DNA of 64,000 nucleotides from Lepidodermella squamata (GCA_047495785.1 JBLDXI010000025.1:1054001-1118000); one strand, 5' to 3'; positions 48,758-62,881 are shown, numbered from the stretch's first letter. The notes: generated from the letters alone by a model not told the origin. Translations and numbers: made by a program.

Positions 48758-49779
48758 CTCTCGCCTACGAATTATGTTGTTAAAATATTGAAAACTATAT
48801 TTTCCCTTCGCGAAACCTTCTGAACCCACCACGAGAATTCAATTAAAATTTCAATTTCACTCGAGAGCAGCTTAACAATAGAATCGACAAGACGGGGCAG
48901 CCGGAGTGTATTAAAAATCTGAGAGCTTTGTTCGCTCTCCGAGCTGTTTAGGCCCTTGAAAGTTTTGTGATTCAGTGGATAAAAAATTGGGTAACCCAAC
49001 TTAAAAATATTTCAGCGAGAATTATCACGCATTGGAAAAGCAAGATTAACAAATTCCATAATTCAAAATACAACACTTACTTGCAGGGGCGTAGCCAGGA
49101 TTTCGTTTGATACTACATACAATTTTTCGCTCAGCCACAGTTTGATTTTCTAATTAGCGCGCTCTTTAATTACACTTCAAATGGTTTCAAGTCTAATCTA
49201 CAGTGAAGATTTGTAGCAGTTTCCAGAACCCACTCGGAGACATTGAGTTAGGGATTGTCCGCGGTGTCCGCATTAAAGAGCCGAAAATACCTTCATGCAC
49301 AGTGCGACCGTAGCTAGAAAACTGGCCGCATTTTAGAACGCGTCCGCATTAAGGAGCTGTCCGCCTTAGCGAGAGAGATGTCCGCATATTATATCATGGA
49401 AACCAGTCTTCGCCATGGACCGCAGCTAAAAACGCATATTGGACCGCAATTTTCTCGAAAATTAAAAGGAAAATGGTCCAATAAATTGTCCCTAGCTGCT
49501 GAAAATGGTTGCTGAAATTAAACAATATTGCAGAATGTGCGAGTAAATCGAGTTAAATTTTTTTATTGTTTGCTAACATTTGTGCTGGGAATAGTATGAA
49601 ATTGCACCGAAAGGAAGATCTTACAAACTTTTTTACCGATTAGGAAATCGCCGTTCATCCGCAATATTTACAGAAATGCAAATCTCTAAAATCTCTCAAA
49701 ATATATAATATTCGTTAGGGATTAAAGCACCCATGTCATCTCATTTGATAGCCTATTGGCAATCGTTTCTCGTTTCTCG

Positions 49780-52375
49780 TCACCATACTTCACAACGAAC
49801 TCGGTTCGCAGGATTTAATTTCGAACCGATCGGGCATTTGAAGGCGTTGGCGAAAGGCAGAGAGTTTGTAAACATGTTGTTCAGGCTGGAATGCAAAAAA
49901 AAGAGTTTTATTTCTTCTTTCTTCTTTCTTGTGCTAATATTAAAATATAAAATGTACCGTTCGGGAGGGAATGCATGTACATCCTCTAGCATCGCTTCTT
50001 TCTGCTCGTCAGTGTAAGCAAGGCAGAATTGCTGGGAAAATCCGACAAACAACAGCTGTTCGTTTGTAAGAGGAACCCCAGGAACCTCTTTCTTGGAAAG
50101 TGCTCCAATTCCAAGAGCTTTTCTAAAAGCCTAAATATCAGCGAAATATAGCATCAACGCAGATGACCCAGCGTAAAAACTCACAGCGTACGCCATTTTC
50201 AAGCCGCTGTTGTCAGCAATGTTCTCGCCCAGGGTTAGATTACCATAGCCTTCTTTTTCGGGTCGTAGGGCGCTGAATTGGTCAACCAAGCAAGCGGCTC
50301 GTTTCTCGAAGATTGCGCGCGAGGCATTGGTCAAAATTGGCTTGAACTCACCCATTGAGTTAAATTTCGTCCCCGTGTTATCGAAGCCATGAAAAATCTC
50401 TGCAAACGAAAAATCAATATCACTTTCATACATCCTAATTGCTTACCATGGCCAATTATAACAGCAGCTGATCCCCAGTTGTGAGCAGCTGGCATATCCC
50501 ATCGGAAGACGGGAGATGTCACTATTCCAGCCAAAATTCCAAATGCGTTGATTGTGGCACTGTAGGCTGCGTTTCGGTCCATGACTTCTCCACCCATCCA
50601 GCTGAAATGTTAGTTTGCGAGAAGGTAATAAAGAAACAAAGATCAACATACAACATGCCGAGTCGATCTACTTTGCGATCCAGAAAGCGTAGAACGAACC
50701 GCTGCATGAACTCCTTGAACCCTCTTACATTATCGAGATGACTCCGCTTGCTGATTTCAAGAGCGTCGTATTTCGCGTCATAAGCCGTGGTAAGCAACTC
50801 GTTAGGATAGCCATACGAGAACAGCATGTCATCGAACTTTTTCTTAATCCCCGCTTTTGACTCAGCGTCCAGCCAAGTGACATTCGCCATCATTTCCGCA
50901 GCTGTGTCGTGGATGATGAGCGTCATATTGCGCAGGTAGTCAACATTCTGCTGCGGGAAGTAACGTCTAACGAAATACCTCGCAACTAGATGATCTCCAA
51001 AAACAGCTAGAGCCTTAGCTGCGCATTTATCATCCCAATCTTTGGCTCGAGTTCGTTGGCAGTAACCGATATCGCCGGCATATTGATAAGTCGATGTTGT
51101 CTTCCGCCTCAACTCTGTCAGTGGTTCGGCGTACGTGCAGGCGATATCGTTCGAGTAAAGCAGTACGTTCGACCAAGTGAAATAGTTCTGAAACATCCTT
51201 TTCGCTCTAAAATTGCCATACTTATCGAACATTCGCTTGATAAGGCGGGACAAGTCACGTAAGTAAGATCCTTGGCGGTATGAAACGCGCAGTTTCGCAG
51301 TATTTTGCAACTTTTCAACCTTAACTTTATCGCCTAAGGCCTTGAAATAATTCGCCCAGTTGATGCTGCTACTTAGCGATTGAAGGGCAGATAATGGTAG
51401 GTTGAACTTATCTTCGTCAGTTTCAAAGACGTTAGGAATCTCAGCGTCCTTTTTAATTCCGATCTTCGGAGGTTCGTCTGGCACGATCTGTAAATTTTAA
51501 GTATCAATGGGGTTTCAGGCTCATTTGTTAGATTACCTTTGCTAGCTCAAACTCAAGATCTATAACATCTCGCATGAACTGGTCGTTGAGTCGGAGGCGA
51601 AGTTTCTTCTGCGTCAAATCCTTCGTGAAATTCATTATCACATCGGCATAGAACAATTTCGCGTCATCGAAGCGTGGGCTGTCCGTGTCAAGTAAATTCG
51701 TTGAATTCATGGTTGTTGCATCGACAAAAATCGGTGTTGTTATACGACCGAGGACGAGTTGGAATTCCGAGGCGTTTCGAGTGTTCATCTCAAGGTTTAA
51801 CGTGAAGAAAGGCGAAACGACGTTATCTGAATCATCAGTAGCAGTGGCCTTAGCGAGAGCTGCTTCGAGGGACCAATCTTTGCCGACTTCATTTTCGAGA
51901 AAGAAGAACCCTCCAGCATTAGATACAACATCATTCAGAAATACAACAGTTGCCTCATCTTTTTCGCCAAGATTGGGATCGCTTCGGCAAACCTAGAAAT
52001 GTTGGAGGCGGATATATAAACTTAATTCAATAATAGCAGCTGTACCGAAAGAAAATCCTTGAGCTTCGCCTCGCCTGGGGTAAATTCCGTGTTTTTGTCG
52101 AAATCGTCCTGGGCCTTGTCGACCATTGCTTTCGTCATGACGTCCATAGGCTCGATTGGATGGTCATCGACCAGCGCGTTTTTCTGGAAATTCCCACAGC
52201 TGAACTGAAAGAAATCCTCGCACGGATCAACACTCAGATCGATCAGCTCTACGATGCGATTTCCAGCCTGAACGCATCCCGGGGTTGTACAACTTCCATA
52301 GCCTTCGGCAGGGTTGATGGGTTTGCCGTTAACTGTTGCAATTAGCAACAGAATGCCTGTGAGAATCTTGATCAT
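49780..52375 (-). CDS. Secreted M13 peptidase, copy 9
   Basis: GKPINP, DPCEDFFQFSCG, DRNAAY, IIGH|EIFHGFD, LGENIADNSG, RCEVW*. Confidence 0.88.
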
Positions 52376-52799
52376 TTCGCTCCAAGGATCAAATCTTCTT
52401 GGATACACAAGCCATTTTATAGCCTGGAACAATCGCGGCCTCTTCACGCCTGGAATTCAATGCTCACGGGTGTCGTGCAATACTTGAAAAATAACAATGA
52501 CATGCAATTTATTTTTCGAGTGGTTATCAGAAAACGCCTTCAATTCACTTATATCGCGAAGCAGGCTGAACTCTTCACAAGACGCAACTATTTCACGTCA
52601 AATTTTGCCTATAGAATTATTGGGAATATCTTACATGAGGGTTAGACGTTGGCATTTTCCTTATTTAAATGGGAATGGAAGGGGTTATTTGAACTATTGG
52701 AGATTGAAGATATGCATTATTATAAAGGAAATAAAGCGGAGACAAATGTGAAGATTGTTTGAAAAGTATGTGAGTTTTTAAAATCTCTGAGTTCGCCAT

Positions 52800-55370
52800 T
52801 CACCAGGTCTCGCAGCGTTTTCTGTCAGCCGGGTTCATTTTTGAACCAACAGGACAGCTAAAAACTTCGGAGAAAGGGGCAAAATTCTTCATCATTTCGT
52901 TGAACCTGAAAATTGAACTTCATTATATAAAGGTATGGCGCGGCAAAATGCAAATCACCTTTCGGGCGAATATGCATGCTCATCTTGCAACAGTATAGCT
53001 TTCCCTGCAGCAGTTGCGGCCTGACAGAACGCCTGAACGTTGCCGACGAAATACAGCTGTTCATTTCTAAGAGGCACCCCCGGAAGGTCGATTTTCTTCA
53101 AGTCCTCTGCGCTGTATATTTTCCTGAAAGCAGCGTATCCATATTTCAACCCAGCGTTGTCGGCAATATTTTCCGCTAAAACTTGTAGCCCGTAACCCTG
53201 CCTTTCTGGTCTTAACGCCTGGAATTGTTCGATAAGGCATGACAGCTTTTCCTGGTATTTTTTCATAGTAAAATCAGTCAGAACAGGCTTAGCCGCCCCT
53301 AATTCGTTCAGGCGGATTGACTTGCTGTCAAAGGCATGCATCATTTCTGGAAGAAAGCATATAGAAAAGAACGAAAATAAGCAGCTTAATACCGTGGCCA
53401 ATAATGTAGCTTGCGGTCCCCCAGTTCCAGGGACCCGGTAGGTCGTAGCGAAACACTGGTGCAACGAAAAACCCAGCGATTAGGGCGAATGCGTTAAATC
53501 GCCCGTTATAGAATGCGTTCTGATTCATGACTTTTGTAACAAACCAGCTAATAGAACAACAAAGTGATCATACAAAATCCCATACAATCCAAACTCACAT
53601 GGCTGAATATCTGTCTAAAGGACTATCTAGACGTTGCAACTCTCGCTTGTAAGCAAAATCCGCGTAGGCCTTCATGTTGTTCAAATAATTCGGCCCAGGA
53701 ACGAGCAGATCGCTATACTTCATATCTTCCTGTTCTGTCAACAATTCCGGTGGATAGCCCATTGAGAAGACCATCTTCTCAGCTTTCAACTTGACTGCGG
53801 CTTTTGATTGGTCATCCAGCCATTCAATTCTATCCACCGCACCTTGAAATTCAGCCATAACGAAATTCGTCATATTCAGCAAATAGTCTTGGTTTTCCTT
53901 TGGGAAGTAGCGAGCCAAGAAACGGCGAGCCACGAAATGATCACCGAAAATTTCCTGAACCTTACTACGGCACACCTCTTCGGTCAACTTACGCTCGCAG
54001 TTGCTCTCCGGCTCGATCGACTTGTGTTCCACTGGTAGCTCAATCTTCTTCTTCAAAGCATTGATCGGCTCCGAAATGTTGCAGGCGAGAACGTCAAGAT
54101 GAGCCATCCATGTGGTTAGAACCATGTAGTTCTGAATTACTCGCCTTGTTCGCTGTTCGCCGATTCGTGCTTTTGTATCTTGAATAAGCTGAGAAAGCTT
54201 CTCGAAGTAGGACTTTCTGCGGAACGAAATCCTCAGTTTGTCTGATTGAAGCATTTTCACATCGTCAGTTAGGCCCATGTTCCTGAATAGAGCTTCCCAG
54301 TTGATTGCAGGGCTGATATTTTGCAACTCTGAAATCGGCTTGTCAAATCGGTCCTCTTCACTTTCAACATAATTCTCATTTCCTGTATCGTCGTTCGACG
54401 CTACGCCTGTTGGCTTATTGGCAGGATTAATCTGAAAAAATGTTTTTTTTCCAAAAGTTGAGTTGAGTACAGTTGCATATACTTACAAGGGCAAGTTCAG
54501 ATTCAAAGTCGGCGAGGTCTTTGAAGTAGATCTGGGAAACATAGTAGCGTTCCCTCTTGGGCAAAACCTGCTTGAAAAGGTCCATGATATCATCAATGTA
54601 TTGCTCAAGCATATCACTCAGGGTTAGCTCATCCTCATCAGCAGTAGCAGCCGCTACAACGGTGTCGAAGTTTCGAAGGAAAGGAGTTTCTTGCGGCAGC
54701 AAAAACATTTGAAATTCTGATGAATTCGACGGGCTGAACCCAATATCGACAGCGAACAGGGCCAACCCTTTCGTCGTCGCGCCCAGGGGCAGTAGAGTTT
54801 CTATCGGTGATTGAATGTCCGTGTTGCCCACATAAATCCCTCCAGCGTCAGCGGCGAGTTTTCTCAAAAATGCTATCGATGCGTCGTAATCTTCCAAAAC
54901 CTCCTTTCCTTCCATGCAAGACTGAGAACGAAGCTTTTATATGTCGAAAATGATGGGTAAAAATTTGTTTACTTTAAGGAATTTCGATAATTTCTTCTCG
55001 GCTGAAGTTAATGTTGATTCGTTAGCCGCCATGAAATCTTGCCACGCCTTTGCCACCATTGCATTGAAAGGCTCTGCAATCGGCTTTCGAACGTCGGCCT
55101 GGTATCGGCCGAGAATGTGTTTAGCGTTTAGAACGTAAGAAGTTTCATTTGGAAACGTACATTCAATACTATGTTGTTGATGTAGCCACCACAGCTGAAG
55201 TTATAAAAATCTTCACAAGGGTCGACAGTCAAATCCATATTATTCAATAGGAAGTTTGCTGCTTTGACACATCCTTGCGTTGTACAAGAGCCTCCGCCTA
55301 AACTCGGATCGATTGGCGCCGCCCAAGTGAGAGAAGCAAGTCCCAAGAGTAAACCACCAAAAACAAGCAT
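52800..55370 (-). CDS. Secreted M13 peptidase, copy 10
   Basis: AAPIDP, DPCEDFYNFSCGG, NQNAFY, IIGH|[21 protein letters not shown]. Confidence 0.88.
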
Positions 55371-56002
55371 GATTTAAATGGTTGCAGTGGTGCGACAGTT
55401 GTGTTACACGTTACACGAATAAAACTATGTCATGGTTGATTGGTATAGCCCTGAGTGAATTTCGCACCTTGCCGCGAGGATTGCTCCAGCATGAAAAGGT
55501 GTTAATTGGTTGTATAAAAGAATTGTATAAAAAATAAAAAGTATTGATTGTTTAAAAAAATATTTGGGGCAAAGCAGGCAAAAAACCGGACCTTTTTGCT
55601 GTCCCCGCCTACCTTCTGTGGCACTGAGATTTCTTGAGAAAAACGTTATCCTTCGTATTTGATGGAATTAAGTTCTTTATTTCTGCCACGTTTAAACTCA
55701 AATTTCAAATGCACAAAACAGATGCACGGAATATTAAGCGTGGCAAACAAGGTTTTTTGAAATGAAGCCAAATCAATTTTTATTGAAATACAGGCAATAA
55801 GGTTCAACGTTTTTGTGTTACATATATGTAACTTCTGGGTTCTAGGTAACTCTTTCCACTTCCTTAGTGCAAACTGCGTCAAATAAGTTTGATCATATCA
55901 GAAATGGAGCTGGGAAACCAGTAGCATTTCTACACTTGAACCAGTTAGGCCAGTAGAATGTTTTCCGCATCATATCTGGCAATCTTGAAAGGCAATCTGA
56001 GT

Positions 56003-56930
56003 TCACCATAATTCGCATTGCTTCCAACCTGCCGGGTTCTGTTTTGAACCAACAGGACAGCTGAACGCCTGGGCAAACTCAGCCAAATTCTCAGGCCTCA
56101 TTGATCCTAAGGGAGGAAACATAAATGCGTTGGATGCAGCAAATCCCTCGTTTTCAACTATACTGACCAATGACCAATCAGGATCGCAAGCGTGCTCATC
56201 GCTCAACAGATACTCCAGCCCAGCGGGCGTCACAGCTTACCACATAGACTGCGCAATGCTGATAAATACATCTGATTGTTGTTGAGAGGCACAGCAGGAA
56301 TTTCGTATTTGCTAGGCGCGTCGCCAAATGCGTTTTTGAACGCAGCATAGGAGTACTTTTTACCCGTATTCCGCATTTTCAGCCGCATTTTCGGCGAGAA
56401 CCGGCTAGCCATAACCTTCCGGGCGAAGTGCATGGTTGCCCAAATTATCGAGTAGTTCCTGGTATTTTGCCTTGGTTTCTGGCGTCAAGATGGGCTTAGC
56501 TTCGCGTTGAAGTTCACGCCGCTACTATCAAAGCCATGAAACATTTTTTCTGATTCAATGAAGTTATTCTCGGTGAAGGATTGAGCTGATAAATTGATCT
56601 CACCATGTCCAATTACACTGCTAGCGAAACCCCAGTACCATGCATTTGGCATGTCATAACGGAACGAGGGCGCGACGTTATACCCACCGATTAGGGCAAA
56701 AGCGTTGTTTTGTGGTTGATAGTAAGTATTGTATTCTGTTCCATGATGTTAGGTTCCTCCAAACAACAAGTAATGATGTTAAAGTTTCTTATTACAGAGT
56801 TGATCGTGATAACTTACTGATTTTTCAAACGATCCACTGGCGTGAGTTTTTGCAACTTTTCGAAATCTTCTCAGCTTTGAGTTTGACGACAGCAGCCTTA
56901 CGCTTTCAAGAGCAACAATTGTATCCAATT
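56003..56930 (-). pseudogene. Decayed M13 peptidase (3' portion only)
   Basis: Fragments AAVVKLKAEK, NAFALIGG, WGFASSVIGH, MFHGFDSSGVNFNA and CPVGSKQNP..KQCELW, broken by frameshifts and deletions; no 5' exons. Confidence 0.8.
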
Positions 56931-57215
56931 TATTTTTCGAGTGTTTAGAAAACGCCTTCATACAAATTCACTTATTTCGGTGAAACAGGCTGAACTCTTG
57001 ACAAGACCAGGCTATTTCGCATAAACATTTGTCTATTGAATTCTTAACTAAAAAAAACTAAAATAAGGGTTAGCCGGTGGATTTTTACCTATTTGAATGA
57101 GAATGGAATTAGAACGATTGGAGTTTGGAGGTACGTATTATTATAGAGGAGAAAAATAAGGCGAAGTCGGATGTTGGAATTGTTTGAATTGTATGTAAAA
57201 TCCGGAAATCACCAT

Positions 57216-59876
57216 TCACCACGTCTCGCAGCGTTTTCTGCCAGCCGGGTTCATTTTCGACCCAACAGGACAGCCAAAAACTTCCGAGAAAGGCGCGAAA
57301 TTCTTCATTCCTTCGTTGATTCTGAAAATATATATTCATTATGTGAAGCTATGGTACGGCAAAATGTGAATCACCTCTCGGGGGGATATGCGTGCTCATC
57401 TTCCAATTGCCTAGCTTTCCCCGCAGCGGTTGCGGCCTGGCAGAACGGCTGAACGCTGCTGACGAAATAGAGCTGTTCATTTGTAAGAGGCACCCCTGGA
57501 ACTTCGAGTTTCTTCAGATCGTCTTTGCTGAAGACTTTCTTGAAAGCAGCATATCCATATTTTAATCCTGCGTTGTCGGCAACATTTTCTCCTAAAACCG
57601 CCAGGCCGTAACCCTCGTTTTCCGGCCTTAAGGCCTGGAATTGGTCAATGAGGCATTTCAGCTTTTCCTCGTATTTCTTCATAGCAAAATCTGTCAGAAC
57701 AGGCTTAACCTCGCCAAATTCGTTCAGGAGGATTGAGCTGCTATCGAAGCCATGCATCATTTCTGGGGAAAAAACATCAGAGGTAAGAACGAAAGTAGGC
57801 AGCTTAATACCGTGGCCAATTATAAAGCTTGCGGTTCCCCAGTTCCATGAACTCGGTAGGTCGTAGCGAAACAAAGGTGCGACAAAAACCCGGCGATTAG
57901 GGCGAAGGCGTTAACTCTCGGGCGATAGAAAGCGTTTTGTTCCATTATCTTTGCAAGTTCCCAGCTAAGATACAAAGAAGAGTCACATAAAGTTCCTAAA
58001 CGATCGCAACTCACAATGCAGCCAATCTGTCTACGGGAGTATCCAGACGTTGCAAGTTTCTTTTGTAAGCAAAATTCGCGTAAGCCTTCAAATTGCCCAA
58101 ATAATTTGGTCCTGGTACAAGAAGATCGTTATACTTCCTATCGTATTGCTTTGTCAATAAATCTGGCGGATAGCCCATTGAAAAGAGCATCTTTTCAGCT
58201 TTTAACTTGACTGCTGCTTTCGATTGGTCATCCAACCATTCTATTTTATCAACTCCATCGTGAAATTCGACCATTACGTAGTTCGTCATATTCAGTAAAT
58301 AGTCTTGATTCTCCTTTGGGAAGTAGCGAGCCAAGAAGCGCCGAGCCACGAAATGATCACCGAAAATTTCCTGAACCTTATTAAGGCAAACATCTATAGT
58401 CAGCTTATTCTCGCAGGTACTCTTGGGTTCGATAGACTCGTCTTGTACTGGTGGTTCAAACATTTCCTTCAAAGACTTGATCGGCTCTGAAATGTTGCAG
58501 GCGAGAACATCAAGATGCGCCATCCATAAGTTTAGAACCATGTAATTTTGAATCACTCGCCTTGTTCTCTGCTCGCCGATTCTAGTTTTTGTATCTTGAA
58601 TGAGGTTAGAGAGTTTCTCGAAGTAAGATTTTCTGCGGAACGAAATCCTCAGGTTGCCCGATTGAAGAGCTTTCACGTCATCGGTCACACCCATATTCCT
58701 GAATAGAGCTTCCCAGTTGATTGCAGGACTGATCTTTTGCAGCTCTGATATCGGCTCGTCGAATCTGTCCTCTGGATTTTCAACATAATTCTCATTTTCT
58801 GTATCGTCGTTCGATACTTCGCCTTCTGGTTTCTCGGCAGTGATGATCTGAAAAAAATTGAAAAAATGTCGAACATTCGGAGCTCAGGAAATTGAAATAG
58901 CTATTAGGCGTATGAAGTTTGCGGACCTTAATAAGAATCATTCGAAAAATGTTCGAAGCTCAAGGAGCCGAGTAGGGTTTAGCTAATACACTTACAAGTG
59001 CAAGGCCAGACTCGAAGTCGACGAGGTCTTTGAAGTAAACCTGGGAAACAAAGTAGCGTTCCTTCTTAGGCACAACCTGCTTGAAAAGCTTCATGATATC
59101 ATCAATGTATTGCTCAAGCAGATCGCTCAGAGTTAGCGTGTCCTTATCTGCAAGAGCAGCCGCTGCAACGATGTCGAAATTTCGAAGGAAAGGCGTTTCT
59201 CGCGGCCCCAGAAACAGTTGATACTCAGATGCATTTGACGGGCTCAAGTCAACATCGACTGTGAACAGGGCCAAACCTTCCTTCGTCGCTCCCAGGGGCA
59301 GTAGAGTTTCGATCGGTGATTGAATGTCCTGATTGCTTACGAAAATACCTCCAGCGTCAGCTGCGATTTTCCTCATAAAAGCTATTGATGCGTCATAATC
59401 TTCCAAAATATCCTCCCCTTGCGTGCAAGACTGTAAACGTAAATTTTTGATATCGATAATGAGCCTTAGAAATTACTTACTTGAAGAAATTTCATTAATT
59501 TCTTCTCAGCTGAGGTTAATGTGGATGCGTTAGCCGCTATAAAATCGTGCCATGCTTTTTTCACCATACCAGTGAAAGTCTCGACAATCGGTGTTTCAAC
59601 GTCGCTCTGATATCGAGTGAAAATGAATTTAGCTTAAATCGACAGACTTTCGAATGTGCAACGTACTTTCATTACTACGTTATTGATATAGCCACCACAA
59701 CTGAAGCTATAAAAATCTTCGCAAGGGTCGACAGTCAAGTCCACATTGTTCAACATGAAGTTTGCTGCTTTGACACATCCTTGCGTTGTGCATGAGCCTA
59801 CGCCAATTTTGGGATCGATTGGCGCCGCCCAAGTAAGAGTAGTTAATCCCAAGAAAAACCCACCAAAAACAAGCAT
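57216..59876 (-). CDS. Secreted M13 peptidase, copy 11 (duplicate of copy 10) with a 1-nt frameshift at 57884-57888
   Basis: AAPIDP, EQNAFY, IIGH|EMMHGFD, GENVADNAG; reads GGG TTT TT GTC where copy 10 has GGG TTT TTC GTT. Confidence 0.8.
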
Positions 59877-60352
59877 GATTTTCATAGTCAGTGGGGTGAA
59901 ATTCGTGTTACACGTAACGCGAATAAAACCATTCCACGGTTTATTGTTCAGATTGAATGAATTTCGCACCTTGCCACGAGCATTACTTCAGCATGAAAAG
60001 GTGTTAAAAGCAGGGTGCGATCTTGGATACCGGAGCTGCCAGGGTTGGAAAAACGTTTTGCTGTTTTTGCCGAAATGAGTAGTCATTATAACTCAAAAGC
60101 GAGCGAACCGACGAAATGGTGAAGGTTTTCCACTAAAACACGCCTCAAAACCTCTCAAAATTGACGAAACAATCGTTTTGTTGTCTGGCCTGACTGTTTG
60201 AACGATATCTGTCCATGTATTGTTTTAGGTCGCACCGGCCTTCTTTCGAAATTCTTTCGAAAGAATGGATTACCAGCTTGGCAGAAAATCAAAACAATCA
60301 AACTGAAAGTTCCTTGGCGAAGTTTATTCTAGATTTCAGTGCGCTAATGTGG

Positions 60353-61645
60353 TTAAACGTCAAATTTAGTGTTTAGCAGCCATGTATTGAGTAAAGAGAA
60401 ACTAGAGGCCACCAACTGCAGGCAAAGCTCTCCGTCTTTCGCCAATGTATTAGCTAATTGCTGATTACTGAAAATCGTCCGACTCGAGTTGAATGCTTTT
60501 AGAACTGCTTGCCTCGTCTCTTGGAAAGCTAGGAAGGAAACACTAGATCTACCCAAAAGCAAATTAAGCTTATTTTACCAAGTTCCTTCTCCTGGGTTTT
60601 GAGGATAAGAAAAGTTGCCAGATAGGCAACAACTGTCTCAGAGGGATGCATCTTGTCGAGAAGTGAGATCAACTCCTTATGGCGAATGATAGCTGTCTGT
60701 TAACATCAAGCAAACATTTGTTTACGAAATTTAACAAATTAGAAAAATACTTTGAGATTCGGGAAAAGCTCCTCGAAATCATTTTCTAAGCTTTGGTCGA
60801 CCCCGAAAATAGACCCCGAGGCAGATCCAGGTAGTGACTGGAGAAGGATTGAACACTCTGCGACGTAATCTGTCCCACTCAAGATGTTGTCAATGGCCTC
60901 AGCGTGGCCGAATTTTTCTATGTTAAGGATTGATGTAGCTAGCTCGCGAAACAGAACTAAGGGAACTCACCCAGTAGAATCTTACAGAAACTTCGCGAGG
61001 TGGTAATGGTATTGGAGGCACGAGTAGGAGTTGCATTGACGCTCGAGTTCTCCACTTGCTTCTCAGCCTGAAAAAGAATGATGAAGACGTATTTAGCATT
61101 TTTAAAATGATTAGAAACTTACGGATTGGAAGCATTGTAAGATAACAGCTTCAAGTTTATCTGGGGTTAGGTAACTTGCCAAGCATTGAGTTTCCTTGCC
61201 TTGCTCCTCTGTCTGATTGAGTCTGATAATCAACTTCACGTCTTCAGTGTAGGGCATGCTTTTGCCTGTTATGATCAATGAGAGCATTTTTAAATTTTTT
61301 AATTATAAAAAATGATGTAAGACGTACTCCTTAGACCGGCTCTAATGCATTTGATAAGGCGACATCTGGCACAACCATGTCGCGCCGCCAGTCGAATAAC
61401 ACACTGCTCATTACCAGCTAAGCATTTCAGCTCAGAAAAACGAGCAACGTGGCGACGGAAGAACTTCTATATGCTCATGTAAAATGATCATTGTTTATTC
61501 TAGTATTTCTGCAAATTACGCTGCATGCTTCACAGGTGCTCGGCCAGTATTCAACCCGCCTAGGGACGACAGTCTCGCAAACCTTGCATCGCTTGCTCAA
61601 CACCAGGGAATCAACTTGTTCGGTCTTAACCGTTTGCAGAGCCAT
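60353..61645 (-). CDS. Divergent nuclear hormone receptor (C4 zinc-finger DBD plus degenerate LBD-like region), 7 exons
   Basis: Exon 1 (61645-61520) and exon 2 (61466-61328) give CKVC...TCEACS|KFFRRHV...LKCLAGNEQCVIRLAARHGCARCRLIKCIRAGL, with all eight zinc ligands. Five further GT-AG-bounded exons stay open to the stop at 60353. Confidence 0.88.
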
Positions 61646-62821
61646 TATAAAAATAAAATTGAGACGAGTTTTCGTGAAACAAAACTGAACTTTTGGCGCG
61701 GGTCATACGCTGGTTGTTTTATATGAATAAATTTTAGTGCGAACACAAGCATGTCGGTTGTTATGTGCTCATTGTTGTGTGTAGCCGTCCGCGCTGGTCC
61801 GCTCGGCCGTCAGTGATAATCCTAAACTAGTAGCTGCAGCAACAAAAAGCCGTCAACAAAGCAGCAATGAAAACTCTTGATGAAAGCTCGACAATAAAGG
61901 ATAGTGATACATTGCACTGTTGGTACATTTTTTATTTTGTTGTTACCATGACTTCATTTTTCCATCTAAATTTAATTAATTACTATATATGTATAAGTTT
62001 ATAGTTTAACCGCTTGAACAATAAAATTAACTCGAAAGTACGAAGTACGAAGGTAACAGAAAAGCTTATTTACCTCTTCTCATTCTAAAGCGGGATGGGC
62101 AGAACATTTTTATCCAAAGCCCTCAGTTCAGTCGTAATCATTTCAAAACCAACTGAAGAAGTGACCAAGGAAGATATTTCAATGCTTCAGAGTGAAGATC
62201 GATTCTAATAAAAGGCGAAGCCATTGCAAAAGCCAGCAGGATCGGTACAGAATTAGATAGCACTATCTACCAGAAGTGAGGGCTAGCGATCACGCATGAT
62301 CTGGCCGCGGGTCATTTCTATAGCAAAGGAAAAAAGTCCCTGTCCTAACCTAAGGAGGATCCAGTATAATCTGGCGCTAAAGACTATAGGGGCGGCATTG
62401 TACATATTCTCCTGCCTCCTGCGATTTGTGTTGGTCGTTTACCGAAGTTTTCTTGCCTAAAATCTCAAATTCCCTCAAATTCTCTCGATTTTAAGGTAGT
62501 AATTGCAGCTGAGAATCATCACTTTTGGGAAATACAGCATTTTTGAATATGCACAACATAGAATTATCTCTCACATTGTAGCTGATTGGTTCTGAGAAGG
62601 TTAGTCGAAACAGTTGGCTGCAGAAAAAACTAAAATCAAGTGCATTTTGCCTGTTGAATAAACAGTCGCAGACAGTGTGCGTTAATTCCGCCGGTCTGAC
62701 GCAAAAAACTGACGCATGTTCGGTGCAGACATGTTTTTTCCGCATATCTGCGCACGCCACTGGCGAAGCGGCGGATGTTTACGAAAATCGGACACAACCT
62801 TACTCCTGGACATCTCGAGGG

Positions 62822-62828
62822 TATAAAT
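62822..62828 (+). promoter_or_regulatory. TATA box of the cellulase gene
   Basis: TATAAAT about 60 nt upstream of the signal-peptide ATG at 62882. Confidence 0.5.
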
Positions 62829-62881
62829 TCCCAATTCCTGGCCACAAAATCTCATCCTCATCACTCAATTTTGAAATTATC

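Noticed and set aside
49084-49500. hAT-like start CAGGGGCGTAGCCAGG and GTCCGCATTAA repeats
   Set aside because: Probably transposon remnants, but no matching partner terminus or TSD could be found, so not called.
62654-62881. N-terminal extension of the cellulase ORF in the ORF track
   Set aside because: Begins at a non-ATG codon; the TATA box and signal-peptide ATG at 62882 define the likely start.
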